The notes under the pieces are model-generated. The model had not been told where the DNA came from and did no database searches. It was given only the letters and a program-made list of their open reading frames with translations. Made by a program: the position numbers and the translations under genes. Shown here in pieces: positions 20,807-32,252 of a stretch of DNA of 64,000 nucleotides (position 1 is the stretch's first letter; every line of letters begins with the position of its first letter). The stretch is from Spizellomyces punctatus DAOM BR117 (lineage: Eukaryota), in the NCBI GenBank assembly GCA_000182565.2, contig KQ257456.1. One strand, given 5' to 3'.

Positions 20807-23669
20807 ATGACCTCGCAGCTAAAGCCGCTTGATGAGTGTCTTCGACAATTACGAGGATTAAACGAGCACTTGTCAACGATTCAGGGTGAGATACAAGATC
20901 TATTAGCCCAAGTGGAAGCGCATGCGCAAGAAAAAAACTTTTGCGTTCCGCGTCGCAGAAGTTCGTTCGACGAACGCGAGACAAGTATTCCGCCGAGTCG
21001 ACGAAGGAGTCGCAATTATGATCGATTGTCATTTCACAGTGGAGCTGCCCAAGGGGAGTGTCCTTTTCCAGTAATTGTCGATCAAGCCGTGGAGAGGGCT
21101 TTAACCCAGCACAAAATTGCCCCTGAGGAATTTACTTGCGACAGAATCCACGAGGGCAGCAAAGATTCCTTGCCAGGCACATCATCCGGTTTTAGTCTGA
21201 GTGGATATTACCGCACCATGCGTCGATCAAGACAGCGCAAAGAGTCAACGAGTAGCGGGTTGTCAAGCTCAAATCCAAAGCTTCCCAAGCATCCCAGTTC
21301 TATATCGGCCAAAAGTTCATCATGTTCCTCAGAACCACGGTTTCAGTTGGACGACACACGAATTGGACCCAAACCCAGTAGTCTTCGAAATGCAGAGGGT
21401 GATTCGCGCAAAGATCATCCAACAGGCAGCATTCTAAAAGGTATAATCCACATGATTAATACTTTGGTTGGCGTGGGCTGACAATCTTGTGTAGAATCAT
21501 TGGTGGATCCCATCAAAGACGACATTGAAGCCCAACGAATCGCACGAGATACCGATGTCAAACCAAACGCACAGGATATTTTGTCGTCAACCGCAAAATA
21601 CATCACACACGATTTGTCCCTCCTTACAAACTCAGGACGCCTATGGAGGTGGTATATCAGATATTTTGCCGCTCCTAAATATAATGAGTTCAAAGCACCG
21701 TACTCGTCAGCGGATTTTAATGCAATGATAATCCAAGTCCCAACTATGAATCCAGCCTTCTTTATACACCCACGATCCCAGTTTCGGGCAGTGTGGGGAG
21801 TGCTCATGTCAAGTGAGTAAAAATCTGTACATACATTGACCGTCGATATCATCTCATTTTTATCCTGTCACTTAGTTATATATCTGTAAGTGCACAAAGA
21901 CTTGGCGTTTCACTCTCTTTGGGAAACCTTGTCAACATTGATCTCTTGTGGTAGGGCTGCGATGATTGCCGTACCCATCTTTGTCTCCTTTCCAAAATCA
22001 CAGCATATAGCGGGGGCATCTTCTCTCGTATACACCATACTGTGTTCTCTCGATATCGTGGTTCATATATTTTCTCTTCACACTGAAGACGGCCAACTAC
22101 TCTCTGCCCGCGAATCCTTGTTGCGCTACGCTCGCACCCAATTCCCTTTGGATATCCTCACTGCATTGCCCTGGTACCTCGTTCTTCAAAACGACCCGAG
22201 CGCATCCTACTATGGCTTGATTCGTCTTCTTCGACTCTATCACCTCGGTTACATTTTGCTCACCAACCCCCTTTATACCGGGTTGAGTCGATGGATCCAG
22301 ACCGCCTTGGGTGTTGGAGAGAGCTTTGTTGCACTCATTCTGTTTTTAGGGTTGCTTGGCATTGTCGTACATCTCTACGCATGTGCCCTGTTTTTGATGG
22401 GTGCGGCTACAAATTATGTTAGCTTTGGGGATACGTCTGTCTTTTCGAAATCGGTTATAGAGCAGTACGCTTGGGCATTTTACACTGCAGTAGCAACAGT
22501 AGGTGGACTACAGACGAGTTACAAGTAAGTAAGGGCCGTCATCTTCAGTGTTATCGACCTTAATAACATTCTTCTATTTCAAAGCCCTGTTGCACTTCTT
22601 GAGCGTACCGTAACCATCATGACTATTTTCACGGGTGCTGCTCTGTACGGTACGGTCATTGGTCACGTCTCATCCGTAAGCTCTGGTCTCGACTCTTCGG
22701 GCAGGATGTTTAAGCAGAAAATAGAAGAAGTAAATGAGTACATGACCTATCGAAATCTGAGCAGATCACTCCAAACAAAAGTGCGGCATTTCTTCCAGCT
22801 CAAGTATCGAGGAAAATATTTTGATGAGATTGGAATCTTGGAGGAATTGAGCGACAGTTTGAGACAGGCAAGTAATTTTCAGCGTTTTGGCTTCACCGTA
22901 ACGCGAGGCCAATTTGCTAATACCCAAAGTTGATCTTCTACAGGAAGTTACAATCCACAATTGCAGTGACCTCATCGCCAAAGTGGACTTTCTTTCCCGT
23001 AAGGTCGGTGACGGACGCGATGATAACTTTCTTGGCCGCATTGCCGATGCTCTCAATGCGAGATATTATGTGAAAGGCGACACTATATTCGAACAAGGAC
23101 GGGTAAGATGCCACTTGTAATGCTGCCCAGACTATTCCCTAATAGCTTTACGTAACCTTCATAATGGGAGTAAAGCCGGGTAATGAAATGTATTTCATTC
23201 TCTCGGGGTGCGTAGGTAGGCCCTGCTTTTTAGATGAACGAGCATTTTAATATTCACACTAAAAATGCATTACAGAGATTATCGTTGCATCCCAGCGGAT
23301 CGGCGTCCTTTCAGACGGGGCTTTTTTCGGTGAAGTTGCTTTGCTTGGTCAAGTTCCTCGTACGGCTACCATCAAAGCATTTACGGATACCGTCGCATAC
23401 CGTTTGCATCGCACGGATTTTGAGGACATTGTGACAGATTTTCCGGACATGGCGCTTAAAATCCGGACTGTTTACGAGGAAAGGATGGCGAAAGTCAGGA
23501 AAGAGAGAGAAATGCTCTATACTGGCAAAAACGGCGAAACAGGTCCCGTGAGCACAGAGAAAGAACATGCTATAATGCAATCTTCGGAGGTGTGTGGTTT
23601 TCCCGGCCTTGCGAGCTGGAGTGTTTGCTAACTGCATTCTATCAGCTAGAGCAGCAGGAAATCGGATAG
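20807..23669 (+). CDS. Cyclic-nucleotide-gated / HCN-like cation channel; multi-exon
   Basis: FFIHPRSQFRAVW (pre-S1), FPLDILTALPW (S3), LIRLLRL (S4), C-linker LDSSGRMFKQKIEEVNEYM...KYRGKYFDE and CNBD FFGEVALLGQVPRTATIKA. Confidence 0.9.
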
Positions 23670-23974
23670 TTAGCTATCAACGATCAGTTAATATGAATAA
23701 TACTTGTTGTCATCGTTGAAACTCGCAAGTTATGGTTTTTTTATTCGCGTATGCATTTATGCCCCTTAGCGTCTCTTTGCGTGCCATGTATATTATGCAC
23801 CATCCATGCTGTTGAAAGGTTTTTAGTGGGGCGGTTTATCATGTGCATCTTTTATTTATAATGAGGCGTTAGAAGGCCGTACGCAGTAACTCACCCTACA
23901 AACTAAATATCAAAGCCTTTCCTATGACATCTACCCAAAAACAAAAACCTACAATCTAAAAAAAAAACCAACTG

Positions 23975-25682
23975 CTACCCACTCCCCTCCCCACCCCCCG
24001 AAAACGGATCCAAATTACACTGAACACCGACTTCTCTAAACCCCTCTCTCACACCCCGTGGAAACAACCCCCTCACAAACGGCGAAACAGTCTTCAACCC
24101 CCCTCGTATACACCCCTTTACAATCGGATCTGCGAGGGCAGCTTGGGCTTCTTGGCATGCGAGACGGTATTCCTCTATTTTTGTGGTAAGGTTGGTTTGG
24201 AGGGTGGTTAGGGTTGTGTTATGGGTGGTTTGGATGTCTTCGAGGCGGGTTTCGTACAGTGTTGTTAGAGAGTTTAGGAGGGCTATTGTTGTTTCTTTTA
24301 GGGCGGGTGGGTCTTGCTGTTGTTGTTGATCTTGTTGATCTTGCTGATCTTGCTGTTGCTGTGGTTGTGGTTGTTGGGGGTGAGAATGTACTTGTTGGTA
24401 CGCCACAGATGGAAGTGTAGGAGAACTCAACCCATCCTCCACACCCGATTTCCACTCCACACTCATTTTCCGATCCTTTTCCAATATACTCTTTCGATGA
24501 TCTCCATAAACTCTCTGAGTAGGTCGTCTGGCCCCTCCACTCCCCTGCTTAACAGAAGATCTCCGCGAACTTTTTCGTGTGGCATTGGCGGATGTAGATC
24601 GCTTTTTTTCGGCTTGTTGGTCTAGCTCTGTTAGACGTTCTGTTAGGGATTTGATTGTTTGTTCTTTTTCGTGGAGGGAGGTTTGGAGGGAGGTTAGGAG
24701 GTCTTCGGTTCGGATTCGGTCGTCTGTAATGTTTTGTGAGACCTGTATTTTTATTGTAAGATGGGTTATGTGTGTGAGTAGAATAAGTTATGATTGTACA
24801 CAAACAATCTAAGAAAAAACGGAATAATACTCAAAAAACCGACCTCATTTTCGTAAATCCCATGCTTCTTCAACGCAATATGCGCTCTCGCAACTTGACT
24901 TCGTAACTTGCTAATCACATCCGCCCTCCTCCGTGCCTGTCGCTTCATATCAAATATATGTTCCTGAATAGATTCCAATTGTAGTTCATGACGGTTTTGA
25001 AGGACAATGTTGGCTGTCTCGCGATGTTTCTATTTCAAAAAATGTTCATCGTAACATCCGATACCCAAATGTTCAATGGAAAGTTACGATACCTTTGCAT
25101 CTGATACGACTCGTGCGACCATATCTGCCAATTGTCCCCGGCATGCTCGCCTCACTCTCGCGAGATCTCGTTCATGAAGGGCTTGGAGATGGGATAATCG
25201 GGTATGGAGGTATGTAACGAGATCTTTTGTGCAATACGAAACGGATTCTGAAAAAGTTTTTTGAATGTCTTGTTTTGTTTGGTCGATTTCCTACGTTGTT
25301 TAACATGGAGGTTTTATTAAAATCCATGTTTTTTTTTCAATAAACGAGTTTTTCGTAAACGTACTTTTACGAGTTGCTCTACACCCTCTTCAGCCTTTTT
25401 GACACCCCCAACACAAGCCTCACCAACCTGCTCACCCCGACACACCCGAAAAAGCCGTACATACTCAACCCCAGAATTCAATACCCCTTCCAAAGCTCCT
25501 GGTGAACATGTTTCTCGCTTACGGGGAACAATAATCTTTGGTAAATCTGTTGGGCGTTTTGGTTTTGGTTGAGGTTTTTGGTCGAATATTCCGGATTTGC
25601 TCGTGGATTGTTGTTGCAGGGTTGGGTGGGAGAGGTCTAGGATGTTTGCGAGGAGTTGGATTACTTTTTTTGTTGGTGCCAT
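23975..25682 (-). CDS. Hypothetical coiled-coil protein with a Gln-rich tract; multi-exon, boundaries approximate
   Basis: Chain of minus-strand ORFs (25317-25682, 24766-24978, 23975-24484) separated by GT-AG-like introns; heptad-like composition. Confidence 0.5.
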
Positions 25683-25857
25683 TTTGTTTTGGGGTTGAAA
25701 TCTGTATGTATGATTTGTCTAAACCTCTAGTTCTTCATCATGTCCTGTATCTCTAAAAAATCCCCGATGGGTTAATATTCCTTTCAGGGTTTTTGGGATC
25801 GTCTCTCTTTCGAATCGGTTTTCGTAATTACTTACAAGACGAGCAAATAACGTAAAT

Positions 25858-26114
25858 CTACCAGTGGTTTTTGAATATTACGGGTACAGATAAGTTCATT
25901 AATCTTTGTTAATGCAGTTCGACGCACATTTAGCATATCCAGCATCGAATTCGTCTGTCTCTTTTCCGTCTCTACCAGAATTTTATCAACCATGACGGGT
26001 ACAGTAGAGGTTAATTCATCGCTGTCAAGTCGACGCTCATTTAGCGTATCCAGCATCAAAGAGGGCCATCTCTTTTCCATATGTACCAGTACTTATTAAC
26101 CATTACGGGTACAG
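25858..26114. repeat. Degenerate ~111-bp tandem repeat (about 2.3 copies)
   Basis: ACGGGTACAG at 25880, 25995 and 26105; TTTAGC-TATCCAGCATC and TCTCTTTTCC each recur 111 bp apart. Confidence 0.8.
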
Positions 26115-26126
26115 CCAAATCCATCA

Positions 26127-27611
26127 TCAAACAGGTCTCTTTCCCTCCCTCCTCTGTCTCTTCTCGACCTCATCCTCACCCACTTCCTCAACACCCACCT
26201 CCCTATACCTCCTCTCAACATCCCTCTGACACTCTTCAACAATCCTCTCCAAATCCTCCTCTTTTACACCTAAACCCAATAACCCCTTGGCAATCCCCCT
26301 CAACCCACTGTCAATGTATTCGAGGGAATGAGAGGGGTGGTGGGATGCCACGGTTAGCAGTAACTGGAAGAGTCCGTCAGTGGGTTCAAGGAATTTAACT
26401 TTTTTGCGGATGTTTCGTTTCTTGGTTGGTTTGGGGGTTTTTATGGCTCTCTGTGGTTGTTGTGGGGGTTTTGAGACCGGGATGGACGAACTTTGACCTC
26501 CAGTACTAGTCGCCTCGATCATGGGCTGTGGATATGAGATATGAGAAATTGACTGTGTCGTGGGGGGTGGGATTGGTGGTGGTATACTGGTAAACATGTG
26601 TCCTTGTCCGTAGGGGTTCCACATCATGGCGGGTTGGAAGCAGTATTCGGCATTTGAGACCTACATGGAATACGGATATAAAAAAAGCACTGAATTGGGT
26701 AATGGAGTTTGAGGGACTGACTTACTGGGTGTCCACCTGCATATGCACCGATAACAGATGGATGAAGGGGTATCCCCTGGCCAACGAGTTGGTGCGCAAC
26801 AAGGTGGTGATGCTCATGCATCGTCGGCATTGCCGACGGTGGCAAACTTGTTCCTGATACCGTCCCAACAGACACTGGCTTTCTCGTATAAAACAGTGAG
26901 ATAAGCAACACGGAACGAAACCCATCACAAAAGCACCTAGAAACCTACACCCATACCCGACCCCATTGCCGTATAATCCATAGAGGTATCACTCATCTGG
27001 ATCTATCACAGATATGAAATGTTCGATAACGATAAACAAGGAAAAAAAAAAAAGTGGACTTACCATACTCCCTCTCGTCAACCGCTCGTACAATCCCCTC
27101 GCACCCGCATTATGCAAAAGCGAATCTGGTAGAGGAACTTGTAGCGCAGCCGTCACCTATACCCACCAAAACCATTAAGCAAGCAGAAACAAAAAACATA
27201 CTACACTTTTCAACAAAAACCGACCACATCCTCGGGGTCGGGAAACAACAATTGATCCAAATCAATAGACTCTATAAATTGCCGATTTTCAACCAGTTCA
27301 ATATCTTCAAACGTCCCGGGTATCGTAAAAAGCCTTTCAAACTGATCAATATCCTCCTGTTCCGCGATACACAACCCCGTTAAATCAAACTCTGCGGCAA
27401 ACTGGAGCAAAGTCAAATCTGCATTGTCGTTATCCGAAGCTGTCACATCTATCATAACGATTTTTTGGTATCCACGTTGAATATGAATAGACGTTGGGAA
27501 TGGACTGGAAAAACTTACTGATGGATTGGACATGGTCGCCATTGGATGAGGTGTAGAATGTGACTGATGGTTGAACGTAGAGGTGTTGCTCGGGGTTTCG
27601 TTCCACATCAT
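26127..27611 (-). CDS. Hypothetical Pro/His-rich protein; multi-exon, structure uncertain
   Basis: Minus-strand ORFs 27210-27611, 26624-26911 and 26127-26627 with intron-like gaps; no family recognised. Confidence 0.4.
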
Positions 27612-28305
27612 CTAAAATACCCTAACAGTGAAACGAAAGAGCAGTTGTAAAATGGATCGAGCGCATAGTGAGTGACGAGCACCACAACACAAGGAATGGT
27701 GGGTCATGTTCTTAAAGTGTGTAAGGACCATTTGTTTTTTTTCATTGGGTTCTTACCACAAAACTACTTGGATCACTTCCACTCTCATCACCAGACGCCA
27801 TTGCACTGTCTCTAACCCTAGGGTTAACTTGACAGCCCGAAAAAAAAACCTTTGACAGCTTGCTCTGTCTCTCTCTCGTTGCTAGTTGAGACAGTGCCGC
27901 AACGTAAACAAAAGAACCACTTTAAAAAACCCCAACAATAAAAAAATCACCCGACAGTACATTTTACGCAAAAACCAATTGAAACCCATTCTATTACGCT
28001 CCGTCTATGATTCTACTTTCTTTTTTCATTGTGTGTATGTGCACATCATACCCTTTGAGTTCCTTGTCGCAACTGTCAAAATGCAAGTGTTCCAAAAATG
28101 CTTGCGATCGCTCATCGGAACGCGTGTTGCGCAATCTAACCAAATTTGGTATCTTTGTTATGTCAGCATTGGATGATCCATCAAGTATTGGAAGGGCTGT
28201 TTGTTTTATTGCATTTCAATGAACGTTCAAACATTCTTGTTGATGCTTTTGGATGCGATTGATGATGATGTTTGGAAGTGGGTCTTTTGCAAATTGATTT
28301 ACAAA

Positions 28306-28405
28306 NNNNNNNNNNNNNNNNNNNNNNNNNNNNNNNNNNNNNNNNNNNNNNNNNNNNNNNNNNNNNNNNNNNNNNNNNNNNNNNNNNNNNNNNNNNNNNN
28401 NNNNN
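28306..28405. other. Assembly gap (100 N)
   Basis: Run of N. Confidence 0.99.
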
Positions 28406-28937
28406 GGCACGGTACATAATGGCGGACCACGCATTCACGATTTGAGCAAACAGTTCCGTCTCATCTGCTGTGATCCCATATCCTGCATATACACTGACAA
28501 ATGAATAAACTCAAAATAGCTTATATACTATCCCGGATTGCCAAGACTCGCCAGAAAGCGTTAGCGGAATTCCTTCCTGCAACAAAAAGTGTGAAAGTGG
28601 TTTCTGTGCCTTTGTTGCGTTATGCCTTGTCACATGGGGAATCAGGTTGGTGTCTTGAATGTGACCTTGCCACCACAATATAACCTTTTGTGGATAGATG
28701 ACAACTTAACTCTGTAAATGAATTGGAACACTCCCAGATGACAAGCGGCATATCTTTGAAGCGAACGCAGCGAACGCAATGAACAAACGAGATTTTATTT
28801 AAAAGGACCAGAGGTCTCCTTATTTATTCCCCGGCTTTGTCTTCCAAGACGAGACGAACGGTCAACGGCAGAACGGTTATTATATATTCGGACGTTAGAC
28901 TACCACCTCATTCACACTTTTGTAAAATTGCCCCGCC

Positions 28938-30285
28938 ATGCCCTTTTGTACTGTCGCCAAGGATCGCCCTACGGGAGGTCCATACCAACTCTGCTATGAA
29001 TTGCACGGGTCGGGTCCCAATAAAGTGTTGTTAGTCATGGGTATGTCCGAATTTCAAGGTAGAGAATGTGAGGGTGTTCAATAATGCAATTTTGCGCAGG
29101 TCTGTCGGGAACGATGCGCGCGTGGGACACGACTGTTCGACAACTCTTGGCACGAAACGGTTATGAAATCTGTATCTTTGATAATCGCGGTATTGGGCAT
29201 TCTGACCAGCCTGGACCGGGTTACTCGTAAGTGTCCCACTAACAAATCTACCAAAATGCATGTAATCTCATGACCGACTCCTAGCGTAAAGGATATGGCT
29301 GAAGATGCGTACGAACTTCTTCTACACCTTGGATGGACAAAAGATGTTTTATTGGCTGGTGTCTCTATGGGTGGAATGATCTCTCAAGAGTTGGTCTTGT
29401 TGGCTCCTCCTGGAACATTTGGCGCTCTGGTACTTATCTCCACTCACCCTGGACGAACCATCCCCCCTGTAAGTAACAGCAGCCATGGTTTATCTATGCA
29501 GGTTTTGTCTAAATTCAACTGGTTTTGATAGCTTCGAACGATCTGGACTTTTGCCTCTTCTCTCCTTCTCCCTGGCACCAAGTCTGAGGAGGATCAATTC
29601 CATACTTACTGCAAATTGGTCTTTGCTTTGGTGAGTATGTAGCGTTCAGATATTGCGCAATATTTGGAGTTGACGCAGCTCGACTTTTTTTTAGCCTTGG
29701 TTGGATGCCGAAGCCCCACCGCAGTCGGGTTTCCATACAAATCGGGAGATGATATTACACGTATAGTACATGGGTTATAAGATAGTTGCGATGCGATTAT
29801 TAACGTTCTTTTATGATATAGTCTCTTCGTGAAACTCGCAAGGAAAAGGGTGTCCAGTCAGAGCAAGGACGTATGGGTCAGCTGCGGGCGATTGGCCAAC
29901 ACTATGTATCTCCTCAACGCTTAGCACAAATCGGTGCTCTCGGTATCCCTGTGCTAGTCATGACCGGTACTGAAGATGCTGTAAGTCAAAGTTGGGAAAC
30001 GATTACATTCTACTCTATTGCGCATTCGCCTTGTCTAATATCAAATTTGTTTACTAGCTTATTCGCCCAAAGAACTCATACTATATTGCGAAGCACATTG
30101 GTGCTCCTTTGGAAGTATTTAAGGGCGCCGGGCACGGGTTAGCTCAAGAACGTCCACACCGGTTCCACGCCCTCATGTGCGCAACCTTTGCAAAGTCCAA
30201 GGGATTTGTGAAGGTTGCTCAGCCGGATGACCTGGAGAAGACACTCCTCGAGGTGGACATGCCCATCTCCGCCACGAGTTTATAG
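28938..30285 (+). CDS. Alpha/beta-fold hydrolase; multi-exon
   Basis: YELHGSGPNKVLLVMG, CIFDNRGIGHSD, nucleophile elbow GVSMGG, VLVMTGTED and catalytic His motif GAGHG. Confidence 0.92.
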
Positions 30286-30523
30286 TGAGAGGGCTAGTAA
30301 CGATAGTTTGACGTATACTTAATGGTAATTAGGATCTCATGGATGTTCGCCTTTATTAAATAGTATAATATGTGTTAGGATGTGTAAATAAGGAAAAGTT
30401 TGCCAGATTTATGTAAAAATGGGTGCATCAATTAATATCCTTTATTCACACCCCGCTTCTCCAGCCCCAAAAGAAATCCTCCTCCACATGCACAATCATT
30501 TGAATCATTTACAACCAACGATG

Positions 30524-31510
30524 TCACGGTAACGCTGGTGCAAAGTCCAGATCCGCCTTATCCACCTTACTTCCCCTCCTCACTATATCCTTCAACTTGT
30601 GAACAAATTTTCCTTTATCCTGTCGATCTGGTGGACTTCCCACAATGCCATCTGCATACACACCATGCGGGGTGGGGACAATGGGCGGTCCAGGAATTTG
30701 CTTGATAAACTTGAGTCTAACCCTTGCTGACCCCCTACTCAAATGTAAATGATGATGCAGATCGACATCAAGCTCCACCATCCGCTCATTGGCCACTGCA
30801 TCCTTGAACGAATGTTTCCCTTTAGCAATCAACTCATCCTTATCCTCTGACCGCTTATACGTCCATATCTCCACATGAATATGATGGTGCTCAGATGTGA
30901 CGGGGAGGACGATCGGGCTCGTTTCTAATGGGTATGTTCTACGTGGGGAGGTATGCGTTTCCGGTATATTATCCGTTCGACGAACGAGGGTCTTTCGCCA
31001 GTCGGTGCCGTCTAGAGAGAGCCGCGAGTACAGTTCCTTGTGGGTCAGGTTGATATCTTTGGGGAGTGTTGCGGACAGGCATGTTATTTCCATATTCCCG
31101 AGGTAGTCGACCGGCATGGTGGATAGCTGTGTAAGAGTATGCCTTGTGCGATATGACGTCGTTTTTTGGGTTTTTTCGATGGTGTCCCCGGAGGGGGAGA
31201 CAGCGCCGGGTCCTTTTGAGAAAGCGAGGCGGAAAGATTAATCTGAAAGTAAGAAATACGTACAAAACGACAACAAAGCAGCGCAGGTTTAAAAGCTTGG
31301 TAACAAGACCGGAAATATTCGAAAAGGGATACCCGTAAAAGAAGTGAAGGGGGGTGTGATCTGCCCTCGCTGCCGTAAGTTGTTGATGACGTAAACAGCA
31401 GGTGACCCATCATGACAAAGGGACGATCTGCATACTTTCATGTTCAAACTATATCTTTTTCCTTTTCCATTATCGCTTTGTTTCCATTGTTGACTTTGTT
31501 GGTCCGCCAT
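30524..31510 (-). CDS. C2-domain-like protein; multi-exon
   Basis: GNMEITCLSA..., IHVEIWTYKRSEDKDELIAKG and RGSARVRLKF resemble C2 beta-strands; short upstream exons start at ATG 31510. Confidence 0.55.
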
Positions 31511-32252
31511 GAAGAATAGAACAGCATTTGTAACGTCCTATGTTCAGTCCAGATTGGGATCCCCCTTTCCTCCACGACGTCGATGCACACAAAACTCTAT
31601 CGTCCAGTATTTTGGAATGCAAAGTGTTCAGGTCAACAATTTCACCCCAATCCAAGATGAACTCTGTTATAACATTTATAGAATTAGTCGCAATCCGTAA
31701 CGAGAAAGCTCAGCGGAAGTCAAAGACAGGGACAAGGCTCCCAAATATATCAACTACGTTGTAGATGCCCGCAGGTTTGCTATGTAATCACCGTAGCAGT
31801 TGAATTGATTCAGGCACAAAGGAGCCTTCCAAAGCGAGTCTCTGCAGACGGCATATCGCTCCCATTGCAATCCCAAGTAGTAAAAATCATAACGGCCGCT
31901 CATCAATTCCAGTCTTCCCTTCTTCCATATATAGCGCTTACAATGTGACAGCAGTAGTTCCTATGCCATAGAAGCAGTCAATGGTGTCATCAGGTGGTGA
32001 TAGAATGGCTTAAAATATAACAAAGCCGTGAGCATTGTGTGCCAGAGGGCATGTAGTTTATAGGCCTTTGCTGTCAACCAGGAGCGAGAAGAATGGTCGG
32101 ACAGGCAGTCAACAGATGCCAACTGTGCCACACCCTTACTTGAAGCCTCATTTGGGATGATCTTGAAAGCTTGTTCGTCTCTCGCGCTGGGTGAGATCCC
32201 CAGATCTCCCCCAAGGTCATTCCAGAGCTGTTCTTCGCTCTGGTATAGTGCC

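Noticed and set aside
24214-24625. Plus-strand hydrophobic ORFs (poly-L/V) as membrane proteins
   Set aside because: They are antisense shadows of the Gln-rich minus-strand exon.
27813-27826. TAACCCTAGGGTTA palindrome as a telomere fusion
   Set aside because: Only about one repeat unit on each side; more plausibly a promoter motif or chance.
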